Source of the DNA: an uncultured delta proteobacterium
Lineage (GTDB): Bacteria > Desulfobacterota > Desulfobacteria > Desulfobacterales > JAFDCJ01
Length of the DNA stretch: 64,000 nt
Reading direction: 5' to 3'
Assembly: GCA_963769935.1 (NCBI GenBank)
Contig: CAVYNY010000014.1
Coordinates: forward strand, 32,001 to 96,000
Numbering within the stretch: position 1 is the stretch's first letter; each line of letters begins with the position of its first letter. The notes below the pieces were generated by a model. The model was not told where the DNA came from and ran no database searches. It was given only the letters and a program-made list of their open reading frames with translations. A program made the position numbers and the translations under genes. Positions 38,646-49,098 of the stretch are shown here, piece by piece.

Positions 38646-39137
38646 TCAGGGCCTGTTGCGGCACAACAGCAGATTGACGGCTTTCATGCTCATCACAACT
38701 TCCTGATTCTGATTCAACACCTCGATAAATGAAAAGAGAACGCCGCGGTCCGGTTTGGAAAGCGAGCGTCTGGTTTCCGTAACTGTCACCCGCAGCCTGA
38801 GGGTGTCGCCGGGGCGCACGGGCTTGCTCCAGCGTAATTCGTCCACACCCGGGGAACCAAGGCTGGCGACGGAAGACAGGTAATGATCGACAAACAACCG
38901 CATCATCATACTGGCCGTATGCCAGCCACTGGCAATCAATCCACCGTATCGGGTTTGCTTGGCGGCTTGCGGTGAGGTATGAAAAACCTGTGGATCAAAC
39001 CGTTTCCCAAATTCGATGATTTCCGCCTCGGTTGCCTGAATCGCTCCGCATTCGCAGACCGCCCCGGTCTGATAATCCTCCAGGTAGCGGTCCTCAACCG
39101 GGACGACAAAAGTAGAACAGTCCATAGTGCTCCCCAT
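38646..39137 (-). CDS. MaoC-family dehydratase
   Basis: 'FDPQ.FH', 'GGLIASGWHT', 'LRW.KPVRPGDTL'. Confidence 0.93.
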   Translation of the reverse strand: MGSTMDCSTFVVPVEDRYLEDYQTGAVCECGAIQATEAEIIEFGKRFDPQVFHTSPQAAKQTRYGGLIASGWHTASMMMRLFVDHYLSSVASLGSPGVDELRWSKPVRPGDTLRLRVTVTETRRSLSKPDRGVLFSFIEVLNQNQEVVMSMKAVNLLLCRNRP

Positions 39138-39223
39138 ATAGCTGAATTCAAACCGGCAACGCTGCAGCTGTCCGGCAGACGCCGTTGCTCACGCCGCGTT
39201 GAATGCTGCAATTCCACCTCCGG

Positions 39224-39574
39224 TTAAAGATGCATAACTTTCCATTCCCGGATGGCATTGTTCAGACTTATAATCAGATTTTCAATCTCTTCAATGGTAT
39301 TTAGGGCCGCGATCCTCAAGTTGACCCGCAGCTCATTTTCATAATTGCGTTTCTGCCGGTCCAACTCTTCCAGGATCTGTTCTCTGCTCCACTCCGGGTG
39401 TGAACGTTTCGTTTTTTGGATAATCATGTATTCGTCAAAAGAATGTTCAAAGTTTTCTTCCAGAAACATTTTCATCTCTTCCAGGGAGGGAACTTCATAT
39501 GTCCCGGCCAGTATCTGATTCAACGATTCTTTGACGATTTGTCGGGCGCATTTTTTGATATCAGAAGAATACAT
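39224..39574 (-). CDS. Hypothetical helical protein
   Basis: 116-aa charged helical ORF with ATG start. Confidence 0.75.
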   Translation of the reverse strand: MYSSDIKKCARQIVKESLNQILAGTYEVPSLEEMKMFLEENFEHSFDEYMIIQKTKRSHPEWSREQILEELDRQKRNYENELRVNLRIAALNTIEEIENLIISLNNAIREWKVMHL

Positions 39575-39969
39575 CCTTGATTTTACCCTTAATTACCTGG
39601 ATTATGATTGCTGTAGAACTTCGCTGCAATCCGCCGGCTCGGAATTGCAGCGAAACGGCAGATTCATCGCGGGTTTGCCCCAGAAATCAACCACTTCGAT
39701 AGGCACCCTTGCATTCTGAATACCGCTATATTAAAACGTCGAAGTTGAAATTGCAATCATTTAGCAAAAAATTGTCTTATTGAAATTATGAGGGACTTCA
39801 AAGTCCGGTCAATCCGTCACTCTTTGAAAATGTGGTCGATAGTTCAGACTGCCACGCCCGCGCCTTGGGTCCAGCATTTGACTTGGACGGACCAATTTTT
39901 ATTTGACACAAAATCCCGAACTCCGTATATTCCCCCGGAAAAAAGTATTGGGATTACAAAAAGCACCTA

Positions 39970-41313
39970 ATGAGACATACATTTTCGCATCCCGCCAAAT
40001 GGCGTGAGTACCAGTCAAAGCTTCAGAAAACCTCGAAAACAAAGCTCTTGCTGAAAAAATTGCCCGTGCTGCTGGCAATTTCAGTGAGTGCATTTATTAT
40101 ATTGCTCATTATATGTTGGGCTCTATTCCGGCTGCCCGACCGCTGGAGCTGGGCAGATCAAAAGCCGCCGCAGCCGTCGCAGCCGGACAAACGATCTGAG
40201 GCCCCGACGCTGAAACTTTCCCGAGATGATCTTCCGGCTCTCCTGGGGGACGCCGCCAGAGATAGCTCCCTGCTGAGCGATGTCTTGGTTTGTGAAAAAG
40301 CAGGCCGGCATTACACGATCAGGACCACCATCGACACCAAACTTCAAAGCTACATCCTGAAGCTGTTGAATCGATCCCGGACGCTGCAAGCTGCAGTTGT
40401 GGTTCTCAACCCGGCTGACGGAAGGGTGATTGCCATGGCCGACCATGATTCATCAAACGGGCACGGGCAAAATCTTAACCTCAAAGCCGACTATCCGGCC
40501 GCCAGCCTTTTTAAGATCGTGTCGGCCGCGGCCGCACTTGAAAATTCGGGGTATACCCCGGATACAGCCGTAGATTTCGTGGGCCGCCGGCACACCCTTT
40601 ACAAATCTCAATTGAAGCCGGCCAAAAACCGCTGGACCACCAACACCACTTTGCGCAAGGCCTTTGCCTTGTCCAACAATGCTGTTTTCGGCAAATTGGG
40701 TATTTATGTTCTGGGCCGTACCGTACTGACCGAATACGCGCAAAAGTTTGCCTTCAACCGGCAGATTCCCTTTGACCTGCCCCTTGCGGTAAGCCCCACC
40801 GTGGTGCCGGCCGATGATTTCGGCCTGGCCGAATTCGCGTCCGGCTTCAATAAAAAAACGCTGATTTCACCGCTGCATGCCGCTTTGCTGGCGGCAGTCC
40901 CCGCCAATGGCGGCACCATGCCGGACCCCTGGCTGGTTGACACGGTTGTTGATGGGAACGACCAGGTCCTCTATCGCGCCGAGCCAGTTGTTTGGAGTCG
41001 TCCGTTAACCGGCAATGCCGCACAGGGTCTGACCATTATGATGCAGGATGCCGCCCGCTACGGAACCAGCCGCAATGCCTTTCGCAAGCTGCGCCGCAAA
41101 AAGATGTTTCAAGCCTTTGAGCTGGGAGCGAAAACCGGTACCATCAATGATCAAACGGATAGCTTAAAATACGACTGGATCGCAGCCTTCGCTCTGGCGC
41201 CGAACGGAAGGCAGAGAATAGCCGTCGGAATTTTGGGAGTTCATGGCCGGATACTCGGTACCCGATCAACGGAATTGGCCCGGGCGATAATTGACTACTA
41301 TTTCAGGATGTAA
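39970..41313 (+). CDS. Penicillin-binding protein, transpeptidase domain only (PbpA-like)
   Basis: One TM helix; SxxK (SLFK), SxN (SNN) and KTG motifs. Confidence 0.9.
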   Translation: MRHTFSHPAKWREYQSKLQKTSKTKLLLKKLPVLLAISVSAFIILLIICWALFRLPDRWSWADQKPPQPSQPDKRSEAPTLKLSRDDLPALLGDAARDSSLLSDVLVCEKAGRHYTIRTTIDTKLQSYILKLLNRSRTLQAAVVVLNPADGRVIAMADHDSSNGHGQNLNLKADYPAASLFKIVSAAAALENSGYTPDTAVDFVGRRHTLYKSQLKPAKNRWTTNTTLRKAFALSNNAVFGKLGIYVLGRTVLTEYAQKFAFNRQIPFDLPLAVSPTVVPADDFGLAEFASGFNKKTLISPLHAALLAAVPANGGTMPDPWLVDTVVDGNDQVLYRAEPVVWSRPLTGNAAQGLTIMMQDAARYGTSRNAFRKLRRKKMFQAFELGAKTGTINDQTDSLKYDWIAAFALAPNGRQRIAVGILGVHGRILGTRSTELARAIIDYYFRM

Positions 41314-41376
41314 GATACACAGCGCCACAAATACTTGCGCAGATGTCATTTGAATCAATAGCATGGGAAAGTTTAC

Positions 41377-41418
41377 TTGGGATTTATTTGTGATTTGTTT
41401 TTTGGTGCTTAGAATTTT
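41377..41418. repeat. Lone right arm of the heptamer (ATTTG) palindrome family
   Basis: TTGGGATTTATTTGTGATTTG...TTGGTGCTTAGAATTT resembles 46153-46193. Confidence 0.6.
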
Positions 41419-41479
41419 CATTAATTGGATAGATCGAGTAAAAAGGGCGGAATAGTCGTTTCAGAGACCGCGCCGGAGG

Positions 41480-42544
41480 TCATCGCCTGTCAACCAACAC
41501 CTTCTCACCGGGTTTCAGACCGCTGACCACTTCGAGGCGATCATCCGGACCGCGATCTGCCAGGCGCACGAAACGGCGAACCGCTCCCTGTTCGGTTTTC
41601 ACAATCACAAAATCAAGCTGGCCCACATGGGTTACCGCTGCTGCCGGGATGTAAATTCTTTCGACGTACCCGATGGGTATCAACAATCGGCCGAACATTC
41701 CGGGGTATAGACCGGCGCCGCCGGACAGACTCACTTTCACAATAAACGTCCGCGATCCGGGGTCCGCCGATGGAACAATTTCATCCACCACCCCGTCATA
41801 CCGTTTTTTAACGGCATCGATCTCAACCGTGAGGTGCTGATTTTCCTGCAGACCGGAAGCCACGGATTCTCTAACGTTGGATTCCAGGCGAAGCGTTGCG
41901 GGATCATAAAGCCGCAGCACGGGAACCCCTTGCCGGGCGGTATCGCCGGGATCTGCGTAGCGCTCGACGATGCGGCCGTCAATGGGCGATGTCAGTTTGC
42001 TGTAGCTTAGCGAGGTGCGCGCCTCGTCTTCGTGCCGTTTTAAGCGCTCGACCTCCGCCCGGGCGGTGCTCAAGGCCGCCTGAACGCGTTCGCGTTCAGC
42101 CTTGGATACGGCTCCGGGGTCCGCTTGAAAGATCTGCTGCACCCGGTTCGATTCCTTTTCCAGCTGAGTCAACCCAGCGCCGGCGCCAACTGCCGCCTGA
42201 TGCGCCTGATCGACCCGGGCTTGCAGCTCACGAGAATCGAGGGTGACCAGCACCTGCCCGGACTTCACTTCGTCTCCGGCCCAGACCGCGATTGAGGAAA
42301 TCGTGGCGGTAATCAGAGGGGATATCACTGTCTCCACTTTGGCCCGCAGGGTTCCGGTCGCCTGTTCGATGAGCGGCTCTTGAACAGCCTCAACCAGGAA
42401 GGACGTTTCGGTTTCGGCTTTCCCCACCACTTTACCGACTTCAATTGGAATTTTTTTCTCAAAATATCCTGCCAGGTAGGCCATGACGCCTGCCAGCAGC
42501 GCCAGCACAACGATTACCCCTAAAATTTTGGCCGCAATTTTCAC
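41480..42544 (-). CDS. RND efflux periplasmic adaptor (MFP) subunit
   Basis: 'GDEVKSGQVLVTLD', 'SPIDG.I', 'LYPGMFGR', 'SGLKPGE'; overlaps the permease stop codon. Confidence 0.93.
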   Translation of the reverse strand: MKIAAKILGVIVVLALLAGVMAYLAGYFEKKIPIEVGKVVGKAETETSFLVEAVQEPLIEQATGTLRAKVETVISPLITATISSIAVWAGDEVKSGQVLVTLDSRELQARVDQAHQAAVGAGAGLTQLEKESNRVQQIFQADPGAVSKAERERVQAALSTARAEVERLKRHEDEARTSLSYSKLTSPIDGRIVERYADPGDTARQGVPVLRLYDPATLRLESNVRESVASGLQENQHLTVEIDAVKKRYDGVVDEIVPSADPGSRTFIVKVSLSGGAGLYPGMFGRLLIPIGYVERIYIPAAAVTHVGQLDFVIVKTEQGAVRRFVRLADRGPDDRLEVVSGLKPGEKVLVDRR

Positions 42545-45500
42545 GTTTCGATATTCCTCCCTGCTGGCAGACCGTGTCCCGGTTTATTGGCATATACCAG
42601 GTTGTAAAGGATTGGAATTACGAACAAAGTAAACATGGTCGAAGCAGCAATGCCGAAAATAATGGCCCATGCCAGGCCGCTGAAGATCGGATCCAGCGTG
42701 ATTACCAGATTGCCGAGCAGGGTGGTGCCGGCCGTTAGAAAAATCGGCCGCATTCGCACCGCTCCGGCCTGCAGCAGGGCGTCATGCAGCGATTTGCCCT
42801 CTGTGAGGGCCAGGTGGATAAATTCGACCAGAATCAATGAATTTCGGACCACGATACCGGCCAGGGCAATCATGCCGATCATGGCCGTTGCCGTAAAAAG
42901 AATCGGGTTGGGAAAGCCGTCCACCAGGCGATCGCCGATTTGATTCAACAGCCAGAATCCCGGCATGATACCGATGATGGAAAGCGGTATGGCCAGCATG
43001 ATAATAAGGGTGATCACCGACCGGCCGGTTTGAAGACGCAACACGATAAAAATACCCAGCAGCGCCGCCGCAAAGGCAATCCCCAGGTCGCGGAACACCC
43101 GCAGCGTGATCTGCCATTCACCTTCACCGTTCCAGACGGCGGTGATGTCATCGGGCAGGGTCCACGCCAGGCCGCCGCCCGGGTTGAGGTAGGTGCGCCG
43201 TTTCAGTTCTTTCGGCCGGCTGTCTTGCCTGTGGCTGTTCAGGTCGGCGCTCACATCCTGCACGATCTCCGCCGGCGGCCGTCCGGCGACATCCGCAAAG
43301 ACGTAGACCACCGGCCGCAGATTTTTGTGATGAATCACCTTTTCCTGCACGGTATGTTGGATCGCACCGAGCTCAGCCAGGGGAACGATCGGCTGGGGGG
43401 CATCCCGCAAGCCGGATTTTTCGCGTATTTTGGTGATTCCCGGCCGGCCTTTGACATACAGACTCGCCAGGGCATTCGGGGCACTGCGGACGTCAAAAGG
43501 AAGCCGCAGGACCACAGGCAGAGGATTGACCTCGCGCGCGATCTGGAGATAGCCCGCCACCAGGCCGTGGTTGGCAAGCATGATGGTCTTGGCGATATCA
43601 TCGGTCCCGATGCCGGAGAGTGCGGCTTTTTCTTTGTCGGGCACAAAGATGATTTTTTGCTGATCGTCTTCGACGGAAGTATCCACATCCACCACCAGCG
43701 GCTCGCTGCGCAGACGGTTCTCGAGGCGCCCGGCGGCCTGCTGCAGCGCACTGTAAGGCGTGGCTTCATCCCCGTACAGCTCCACGGTAATTGTTGAAAT
43801 CACCGGCGGTCCCGGCGGAACTTCGACCAGTTTAATACGGGCGTTTGAACCTGCGGCAATTGCCTCCAAATCCCGTCGAATGCGCAGCAACAGCGTGTGG
43901 GACTGTTGGGATCGGCGTTGACGCCCGGCTAAAGTGACGCGAATATCGGCATAGTGCGCACCTTCGCGCAGGAAGTAATGCCGCACCATACCGTTGAAAT
44001 CCATGGGTGAGGGCGCTCCCACAAAGGCTGTAAAGTCGCGCACTTCGGGCACCGTGCGCAGGTAGGTGCCCAGGGCGGCAACAACGCCCTGAGTTCGTTC
44101 AAGAGTGGTACCTTCAGGCATGTCGACCACGAGCTGGAACTCATCTTTGTTGTCGTAGGGCAAAAGCTTGAGCGGTACCAGCCGCAGGGCGGGAAACAAC
44201 ATGGAAACCAGAAACAGCACGAATATAATCGCCAAAAATATCCAGGAACGCCGGCGGGTGTGAAGCAACGGTTCCAGCAGCGCAGCATAGACGCGGTACA
44301 ACCCGGTGGCGGCGATATCATAGCCGGCGGGTTCCGGCGCCGGCTTCAGGAGCTTGAAAGAAAGCCAGGGAGTCACCAGAAAGGCCACCACCGTGCTGAC
44401 GGTCACGCTCACCGGTACATTAAACGCCATCGGCGCCATGTAGGGACCCATCATCCCGGTTATAAAACGCAAGGGGGCAAAGGCGAGGATGATGGCGATG
44501 GTGGACATGATCAACGCCCAGCGGATCTCGCCGATCGCCATAACCACACTGCGAGCTCGCGGGTATCGGCCCGCTCTCAGATAGCGCTCGATATTGTCAA
44601 CTCCCGTGATGGGGTCATCTACCAGCAGACCCAGCGCCAGAATGAGAGCAAACAGGGTTACCCGGTTGATGGTGTAGCCGGCAAAAAAATCAAGGCCCAG
44701 GGTAATGCCATAGCAGATTGGAACCGCCAGTCCCACCACCAGCGCCGCCCGCCAGCCCAGAAAAATCCAGATAAAGACCGTTACGGTGAGCACCGCCGCC
44801 AGCAGACTGGAGACGAGATTATTGATTTTATCGTCGGCGGTCTGGCCGTAGTTTCGGATGATCCGGTAATGGACTTCCGGCGGGAAAATGTTTCGTTTGA
44901 GTTTGGCAAAATAATCCTCCACCTCTTTGGCCACCCAAACCGCATTGGCGCCTTTTTTCTTGGCGATGGATATGGCCACCGCCGGGTAAACATTCGAGTA
45001 GTCCGGCAACAGACGGGAGGCCTGACCAAATCCAATCCAGGTATAGCTGGTCGGTTCGGCCGGGCCGTCGATAACGCGGGCGACATCAGCCAGATATACA
45101 GGGGCACCGTCAACGACGCCGATCACCAGCTTTTCAAGCTCTTTGGCGTTGCGGATAAACTCGCCGGCTTCCACCACCAGCGCCTGATCCAGGATCTGAA
45201 CCTCACCGGCCGGCAGCAGCTTGTTGGACACATCAATCGCCCAGGCCACCTCCAGGGGAGCGATTCGTCGTGCCGCCAGAGCAGCTGGATCCAGTTCAAC
45301 CCGGATTTGCCGCGGGCGCCCGCCCGTAACCTTCAGCTTGTTGGTGTTTTTAATGGACTGCAGGTCATGTTCTATCTCCTCGGCCAATCGCCGCAGCTCG
45401 GGATCACCGGTTAAGTCGGCGTTATCGCTCCATAAAACCGCAACCACGATCGGAACATCATCGATTTCAACCGGTTTAACCACCCAGGCCTGAACGGATT

Positions 45501-45894
45501 GCGGAATCTGATCCGTATCCGAGTAAAGCTTGTTATAAATTTTAACCAGCGAGGCAACCCGGTCCTGTCCCACAAAAAAGCGCACCGTTACCACACAGCG
45601 TCCCGGCCGGGACATCGAATATACGTATTCGACCCCATCGATCTGGTAAAGGAGTTTTTCGAGCGGGGTGGCAATCTGACGCTCGACCTGCTCGGCACTG
45701 AGCCCGGGCGCAGCGACAAATACATCCGCCAGAGGAACAACGATCTGCGGCTCTTCTTCCCGGGGGGTGATCAGCAGCGCCACGATGCCCGCCACCAGTG
45801 CCGCCAGCAGCAGCAGCAGCGGCAGCGGACCCTGCATGGTAGCGGTGAGCATGCGCGACAGCCAGTCCGGACTTGGGGGAGAAGTCTCTGCCAT
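42541..45894 (-). CDS. RND efflux permease (AcrB/CzcA family)
   Basis: 1117 aa; 'PREEEPQI', 'LGLLVDD', 'GIVVRNSLIL', 'RMRPIFLT'. Confidence 0.95.
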   Translation of the reverse strand: MAETSPPSPDWLSRMLTATMQGPLPLLLLLAALVAGIVALLITPREEEPQIVVPLADVFVAAPGLSAEQVERQIATPLEKLLYQIDGVEYVYSMSRPGRCVVTVRFFVGQDRVASLVKIYNKLYSDTDQIPQSVQAWVVKPVEIDDVPIVVAVLWSDNADLTGDPELRRLAEEIEHDLQSIKNTNKLKVTGGRPRQIRVELDPAALAARRIAPLEVAWAIDVSNKLLPAGEVQILDQALVVEAGEFIRNAKELEKLVIGVVDGAPVYLADVARVIDGPAEPTSYTWIGFGQASRLLPDYSNVYPAVAISIAKKKGANAVWVAKEVEDYFAKLKRNIFPPEVHYRIIRNYGQTADDKINNLVSSLLAAVLTVTVFIWIFLGWRAALVVGLAVPICYGITLGLDFFAGYTINRVTLFALILALGLLVDDPITGVDNIERYLRAGRYPRARSVVMAIGEIRWALIMSTIAIILAFAPLRFITGMMGPYMAPMAFNVPVSVTVSTVVAFLVTPWLSFKLLKPAPEPAGYDIAATGLYRVYAALLEPLLHTRRRSWIFLAIIFVLFLVSMLFPALRLVPLKLLPYDNKDEFQLVVDMPEGTTLERTQGVVAALGTYLRTVPEVRDFTAFVGAPSPMDFNGMVRHYFLREGAHYADIRVTLAGRQRRSQQSHTLLLRIRRDLEAIAAGSNARIKLVEVPPGPPVISTITVELYGDEATPYSALQQAAGRLENRLRSEPLVVDVDTSVEDDQQKIIFVPDKEKAALSGIGTDDIAKTIMLANHGLVAGYLQIAREVNPLPVVLRLPFDVRSAPNALASLYVKGRPGITKIREKSGLRDAPQPIVPLAELGAIQHTVQEKVIHHKNLRPVVYVFADVAGRPPAEIVQDVSADLNSHRQDSRPKELKRRTYLNPGGGLAWTLPDDITAVWNGEGEWQITLRVFRDLGIAFAAALLGIFIVLRLQTGRSVITLIIMLAIPLSIIGIMPGFWLLNQIGDRLVDGFPNPILFTATAMIGMIALAGIVVRNSLILVEFIHLALTEGKSLHDALLQAGAVRMRPIFLTAGTTLLGNLVITLDPIFSGLAWAIIFGIAASTMFTLFVIPILYNLVYANKPGHGLPAGRNIET

Positions 45895-45956
45895 AATGGA
45901 TCGATATATATCTATATAAGGTTTCGGGTCTCGGGGGTCAGTGGTCAGGACCAGCG

Positions 45957-46193
45957 CAAATCAAAATCACAAATTCCAAATAACAAATCTCAAATAAAAT
46001 ACAATCACCAAAATTCAAAATTCCAAAAAGGACTTCATCTGTGTTGGTCCTCGCTTCAGATAAGTAACCCATTCTTTTATCAAGAAATCACGAAGTCATA
46101 TAACAGCTATAATTTCTTGATTTGGCCGATTTTGGTCATTGATTATTGTGATTTGAGATTTATTTGTTATTTGGTGCTTGAAATTTGGAATTT
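45957..46193. repeat. Palindromic element with arms made of 7-nt CAAATnn tandem units
   Basis: Left arm 45957-46028 and right arm 46130-46193 are imperfectly complementary; the ~100-nt spacer has its own inverted repeat ATCAAGAAAT/ATTTCTTGAT. Confidence 0.85.
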
Positions 46194-46286
46194 ATAACCT
46201 GCCGAAAGTGGTTTGTTATTCGTTTTCCGCCTCCTGAGAATTGACATGACATCCGTCTTGTTTTCATGAAGTTTCACATGTCAAGT

Positions 46287-47858
46287 TCATTCCCTGATCT
46301 CCACTTTACCGGCGAGATAATGCTTCACTTCGCCAATAGAAATTTCGCGGCGGTGGAAAATTCCGGCCGCCAGCGCCGACTCGGCCTCGGTGGCGGTGAA
46401 GACCTCCTGGAAATGTTCCACGCGCCCGGCCCCGCTCGAAGCGATGACCGGAATGGATACCGCCCTGGTCACGGCATTGATCAATTCAATGTCAAAGCCC
46501 TGACGGGTGCCGTCGCGGTCGATGCAGTTGAGCAAAATCTCCCCGGCGCCCAGCTTTTCACAAATCATAGCCAGCGTAATGGCGTCCAGGCGGCGTCCTT
46601 CCCGGCCGCCCTTGATGGTGCATTGGTACCAGCAGTACTGTTCATTGTCGGGTCCCGGGACCGCTGTGTTAATAACCTGATGCGTAACTTCAGCGGGTGA
46701 TTTTACATATACTCGGCGCGGATCAATGGAGACGACCACCGCCTGATTGCCGTACACGCGGGATATTTCTTCGATGGAGCTGCAGCCGGTCGGCCGGCCG
46801 GCGGCCAGATAAGCTTCGGCAACCAGAACAGCGTCGCCACCGATGGAGACCTTATCCGCCCCGGATCGGAAATATTCGGCGGCAACTTCCAGGGCGCTGT
46901 ATCGCCGGCCGTCCTTGTCCTTGTAATCGCGGATTCCGCCGCCGATGGTCAGCGGCACAAATACATTGCGAGAAGTCTGCCTCAAGACTTCCAGCATCGG
47001 CATGTCCTCCAGCGGAAAGTCCCGGAAGCCGGTGATATTCAAAAAGGTGATTTCGTCCGCTCCTTCCTGATAGTACCGCCGGGCCAATTCAACGGGTTGG
47101 CCGAGATTTCTGACATTTCCATCCTCCCGGACCTCATATTGATCACCCTTGGTGACCACCAGATCTCCCCGGTCGTTCGAGCGCACGTCAAGGCAGGCAA
47201 TAATCCGTTTGGCCAGGGTCGTGTTGGTTGCCGACTGGACGGGAATGACCGGTTGGCCGGCGAATTCAATAAAATTTTGCAAAATACGAAGCCCGGCCCG
47301 GCCGCTTTTTTCCGGGTGAAACTGGGTGGCAATGATATTGCCCTTCTGAATGCTGCTGACGAATTCGTATCCGTAGTCGGTGGTCGTCAGGACAACTCCT
47401 TCATCTTCGACAACCACGTGATAGGAATGGACAAAGTAAAATTTTTCCCTGCCGTTGAGCCCGGCAAAAATCCGCGACGGCTGTTTAAAACTGAGCCCGT
47501 TCCAACCGATGTGCGGCACTGAGAGATCGATGTCGAAGCGTTTCACGGAACCGGCTATCAGTCCCAGACCGCTCATCCCAGGGGCCTCCGCACTGTGATC
47601 GAAAAGGGCCTGCAATCCCAGGCAGATCCCCAGAAACGGGCGGTTCGCATTGATATACGCTTTCAAGGGTTTGACGAATTCTTTTGCGTGCAGGATAGTT
47701 ATCATGCTGCCGAAAGCACCCACCCCGGGAAAAACAAGCTTATCTGCAGCCAGGATATCCTCTCCGCGGGTGACGATTTTGACCGTCTCCCCCAGATTTT
47801 CGATGGCATTGATAACGCTTCTGACGTTGCCTGCCCCGTAATCCAATAACGTGATCAT
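46287..47858 (-). CDS. hisHF: Fused imidazole glycerol phosphate synthase HisH-HisF (His7-type)
   Basis: HisH motifs 'PGVG', 'GICLG', 'FVHSY', 'QFHPEKS' fused to HisF motifs 'RIIACLDV', 'GADKVSI', 'PVIASSGAG'. Confidence 0.95.
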   Translation of the reverse strand: MITLLDYGAGNVRSVINAIENLGETVKIVTRGEDILAADKLVFPGVGAFGSMITILHAKEFVKPLKAYINANRPFLGICLGLQALFDHSAEAPGMSGLGLIAGSVKRFDIDLSVPHIGWNGLSFKQPSRIFAGLNGREKFYFVHSYHVVVEDEGVVLTTTDYGYEFVSSIQKGNIIATQFHPEKSGRAGLRILQNFIEFAGQPVIPVQSATNTTLAKRIIACLDVRSNDRGDLVVTKGDQYEVREDGNVRNLGQPVELARRYYQEGADEITFLNITGFRDFPLEDMPMLEVLRQTSRNVFVPLTIGGGIRDYKDKDGRRYSALEVAAEYFRSGADKVSIGGDAVLVAEAYLAAGRPTGCSSIEEISRVYGNQAVVVSIDPRRVYVKSPAEVTHQVINTAVPGPDNEQYCWYQCTIKGGREGRRLDAITLAMICEKLGAGEILLNCIDRDGTRQGFDIELINAVTRAVSIPVIASSGAGRVEHFQEVFTATEAESALAAGIFHRREISIGEVKHYLAGKVEIRE

Positions 47859-48441
47859 TTTTTACCTGTCAATCCCCCAACCCGAACGAGCCGGAATTGA
47901 ATATTGCATATTGCAAATTGTATAAAACAACGCGCTTTTACATCACAAATGGGAACATTTCAATTCACTGGAGTGGCACAACATGGTGACGTCAAAGTAA
48001 CTCCTAAACCATTAGCGTCAGAAGGTTTTACAAAACTTTAAAATTGCCCTAACCGGAATATCTATAAAATTGCTGATATCATTTAAGCCATGCTAATTTC
48101 AATAGTTTCTCACAATTAAATAATAAATAATTGTAATAGGTCTATAAAAAAATTCGAACAAATCATTTGTTTTATTCAACGCAAAAATGACTATAATTCG
48201 CTTGACTTACCACCTGGAGCTTATCACATCTGTAATGAAAAGAACTGCGGTGATTCCGGGGGCAACAGATGTGAACACCGGAGATCCGTATATTCTGCGA
48301 CCAATTCTAGAGCATATCACAAATTTAGCTGAGGTTTAGATTATCTTAATGTTGTAATTTCGATGATTCTGTTTTAGAGAAAAGAAAAGTATCTTATTTT
48401 ATCGCTGACTATTAAACATTAAATGTTAGGAATATTTAAAA

Positions 48442-49026
48442 ATGACGACATCGGATCACTTTGTTTTTTGTTGCCCTGATAATATCGAAACAGACCTATT
48501 TGAAGAATTAAAACTAACGGCAAAAAACTCTAATATAAAATTCAATTTTCGCCGTGGCGGTCTGATTATAGCCGACTCTCCCGGACCTATAATTTTCACG
48601 GGATTCTTGGTATACTTGATGAGACCATATTTTGATGAGTTCCTTAAGGAGGCTGGAAAGGATCACTACAATATTCTTAAAAATATTATCAAGAGACTTT
48701 ATGATAAAATTAGATCTAAAAATCAATTACGGCGGGAAGATGGTCAACGTTTTGGCATTCGTGTTGATATTCAATCACCACTTTATTCACTATATTTTAG
48801 AATTCCAGAAGATAAAAATTCAAGCGAGTATGAAAACATTTTCAATAGCTTATTTGAAAAGGTTAGATTCTATATGGATAGATGTAAAGAATATGAGCAA
48901 ACAGATGTAATTATACCAGAACTTGAAAAGATGAGAGCTTATAAACTAGTATATAATGACAAAAACGGGGATTGGGATTTAATTTGCTCACAAAATTCTT
49001 TACAAAAAAATTCTTTAAAAGACTAA
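48442..49026 (+). CDS. Low-GC hypothetical protein, probably an integron cassette ORF
   Basis: Strongly AT-rich 194-aa ORF; GTTAGGA at 48425-48431 upstream and an attC-like site downstream. Confidence 0.75.
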   Translation: MTTSDHFVFCCPDNIETDLFEELKLTAKNSNIKFNFRRGGLIIADSPGPIIFTGFLVYLMRPYFDEFLKEAGKDHYNILKNIIKRLYDKIRSKNQLRREDGQRFGIRVDIQSPLYSLYFRIPEDKNSSEYENIFNSLFEKVRFYMDRCKEYEQTDVIIPELEKMRAYKLVYNDKNGDWDLICSQNSLQKNSLKD

Positions 49027-49028
49027 GC

Positions 49029-49089
49029 TCCTAAGATCAGCCTTCGCGAGGCGACCCGATACCTCGCGCCCTTGAGCAATGCGTTAAGT
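49029..49089 (+). mobile_element. Degenerate attC-like site
   Basis: TCCTAA(G) complements the upstream core GTTAGGA; central stem CGCGAGG/CCTCGCG; CTTGAGC, a 5-nt spacer, then GTTAAGT (GTTRRRY). Confidence 0.55.
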
Positions 49090-49098
49090 TATTTTGTT

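Noticed and set aside
39205..39654. GCTGCAATTCC/GGAATTGCAGC inverted pair flanking the 39224-39574 gene
   Set aside because: The right copy is already explained by a local hairpin at 39620-39654; an 11-bp match without target duplication is weak evidence.
42940..45414. Long plus-strand ORFs (285 and 384 aa) opposite the RND permease, and similar shadow ORFs elsewhere
   Set aside because: Antisense shadows of GC-rich coding genes with no motifs.
45499..46197. 232-aa ORF with an SQIPNNK-like low-complexity segment
   Set aside because: Translation artefact of the heptamer palindrome plus antisense permease sequence.
47900..48420. Integron integrase remnant upstream of the cassette
   Set aside because: The frames I translated by hand show no tyrosine-recombinase or IntI motifs.
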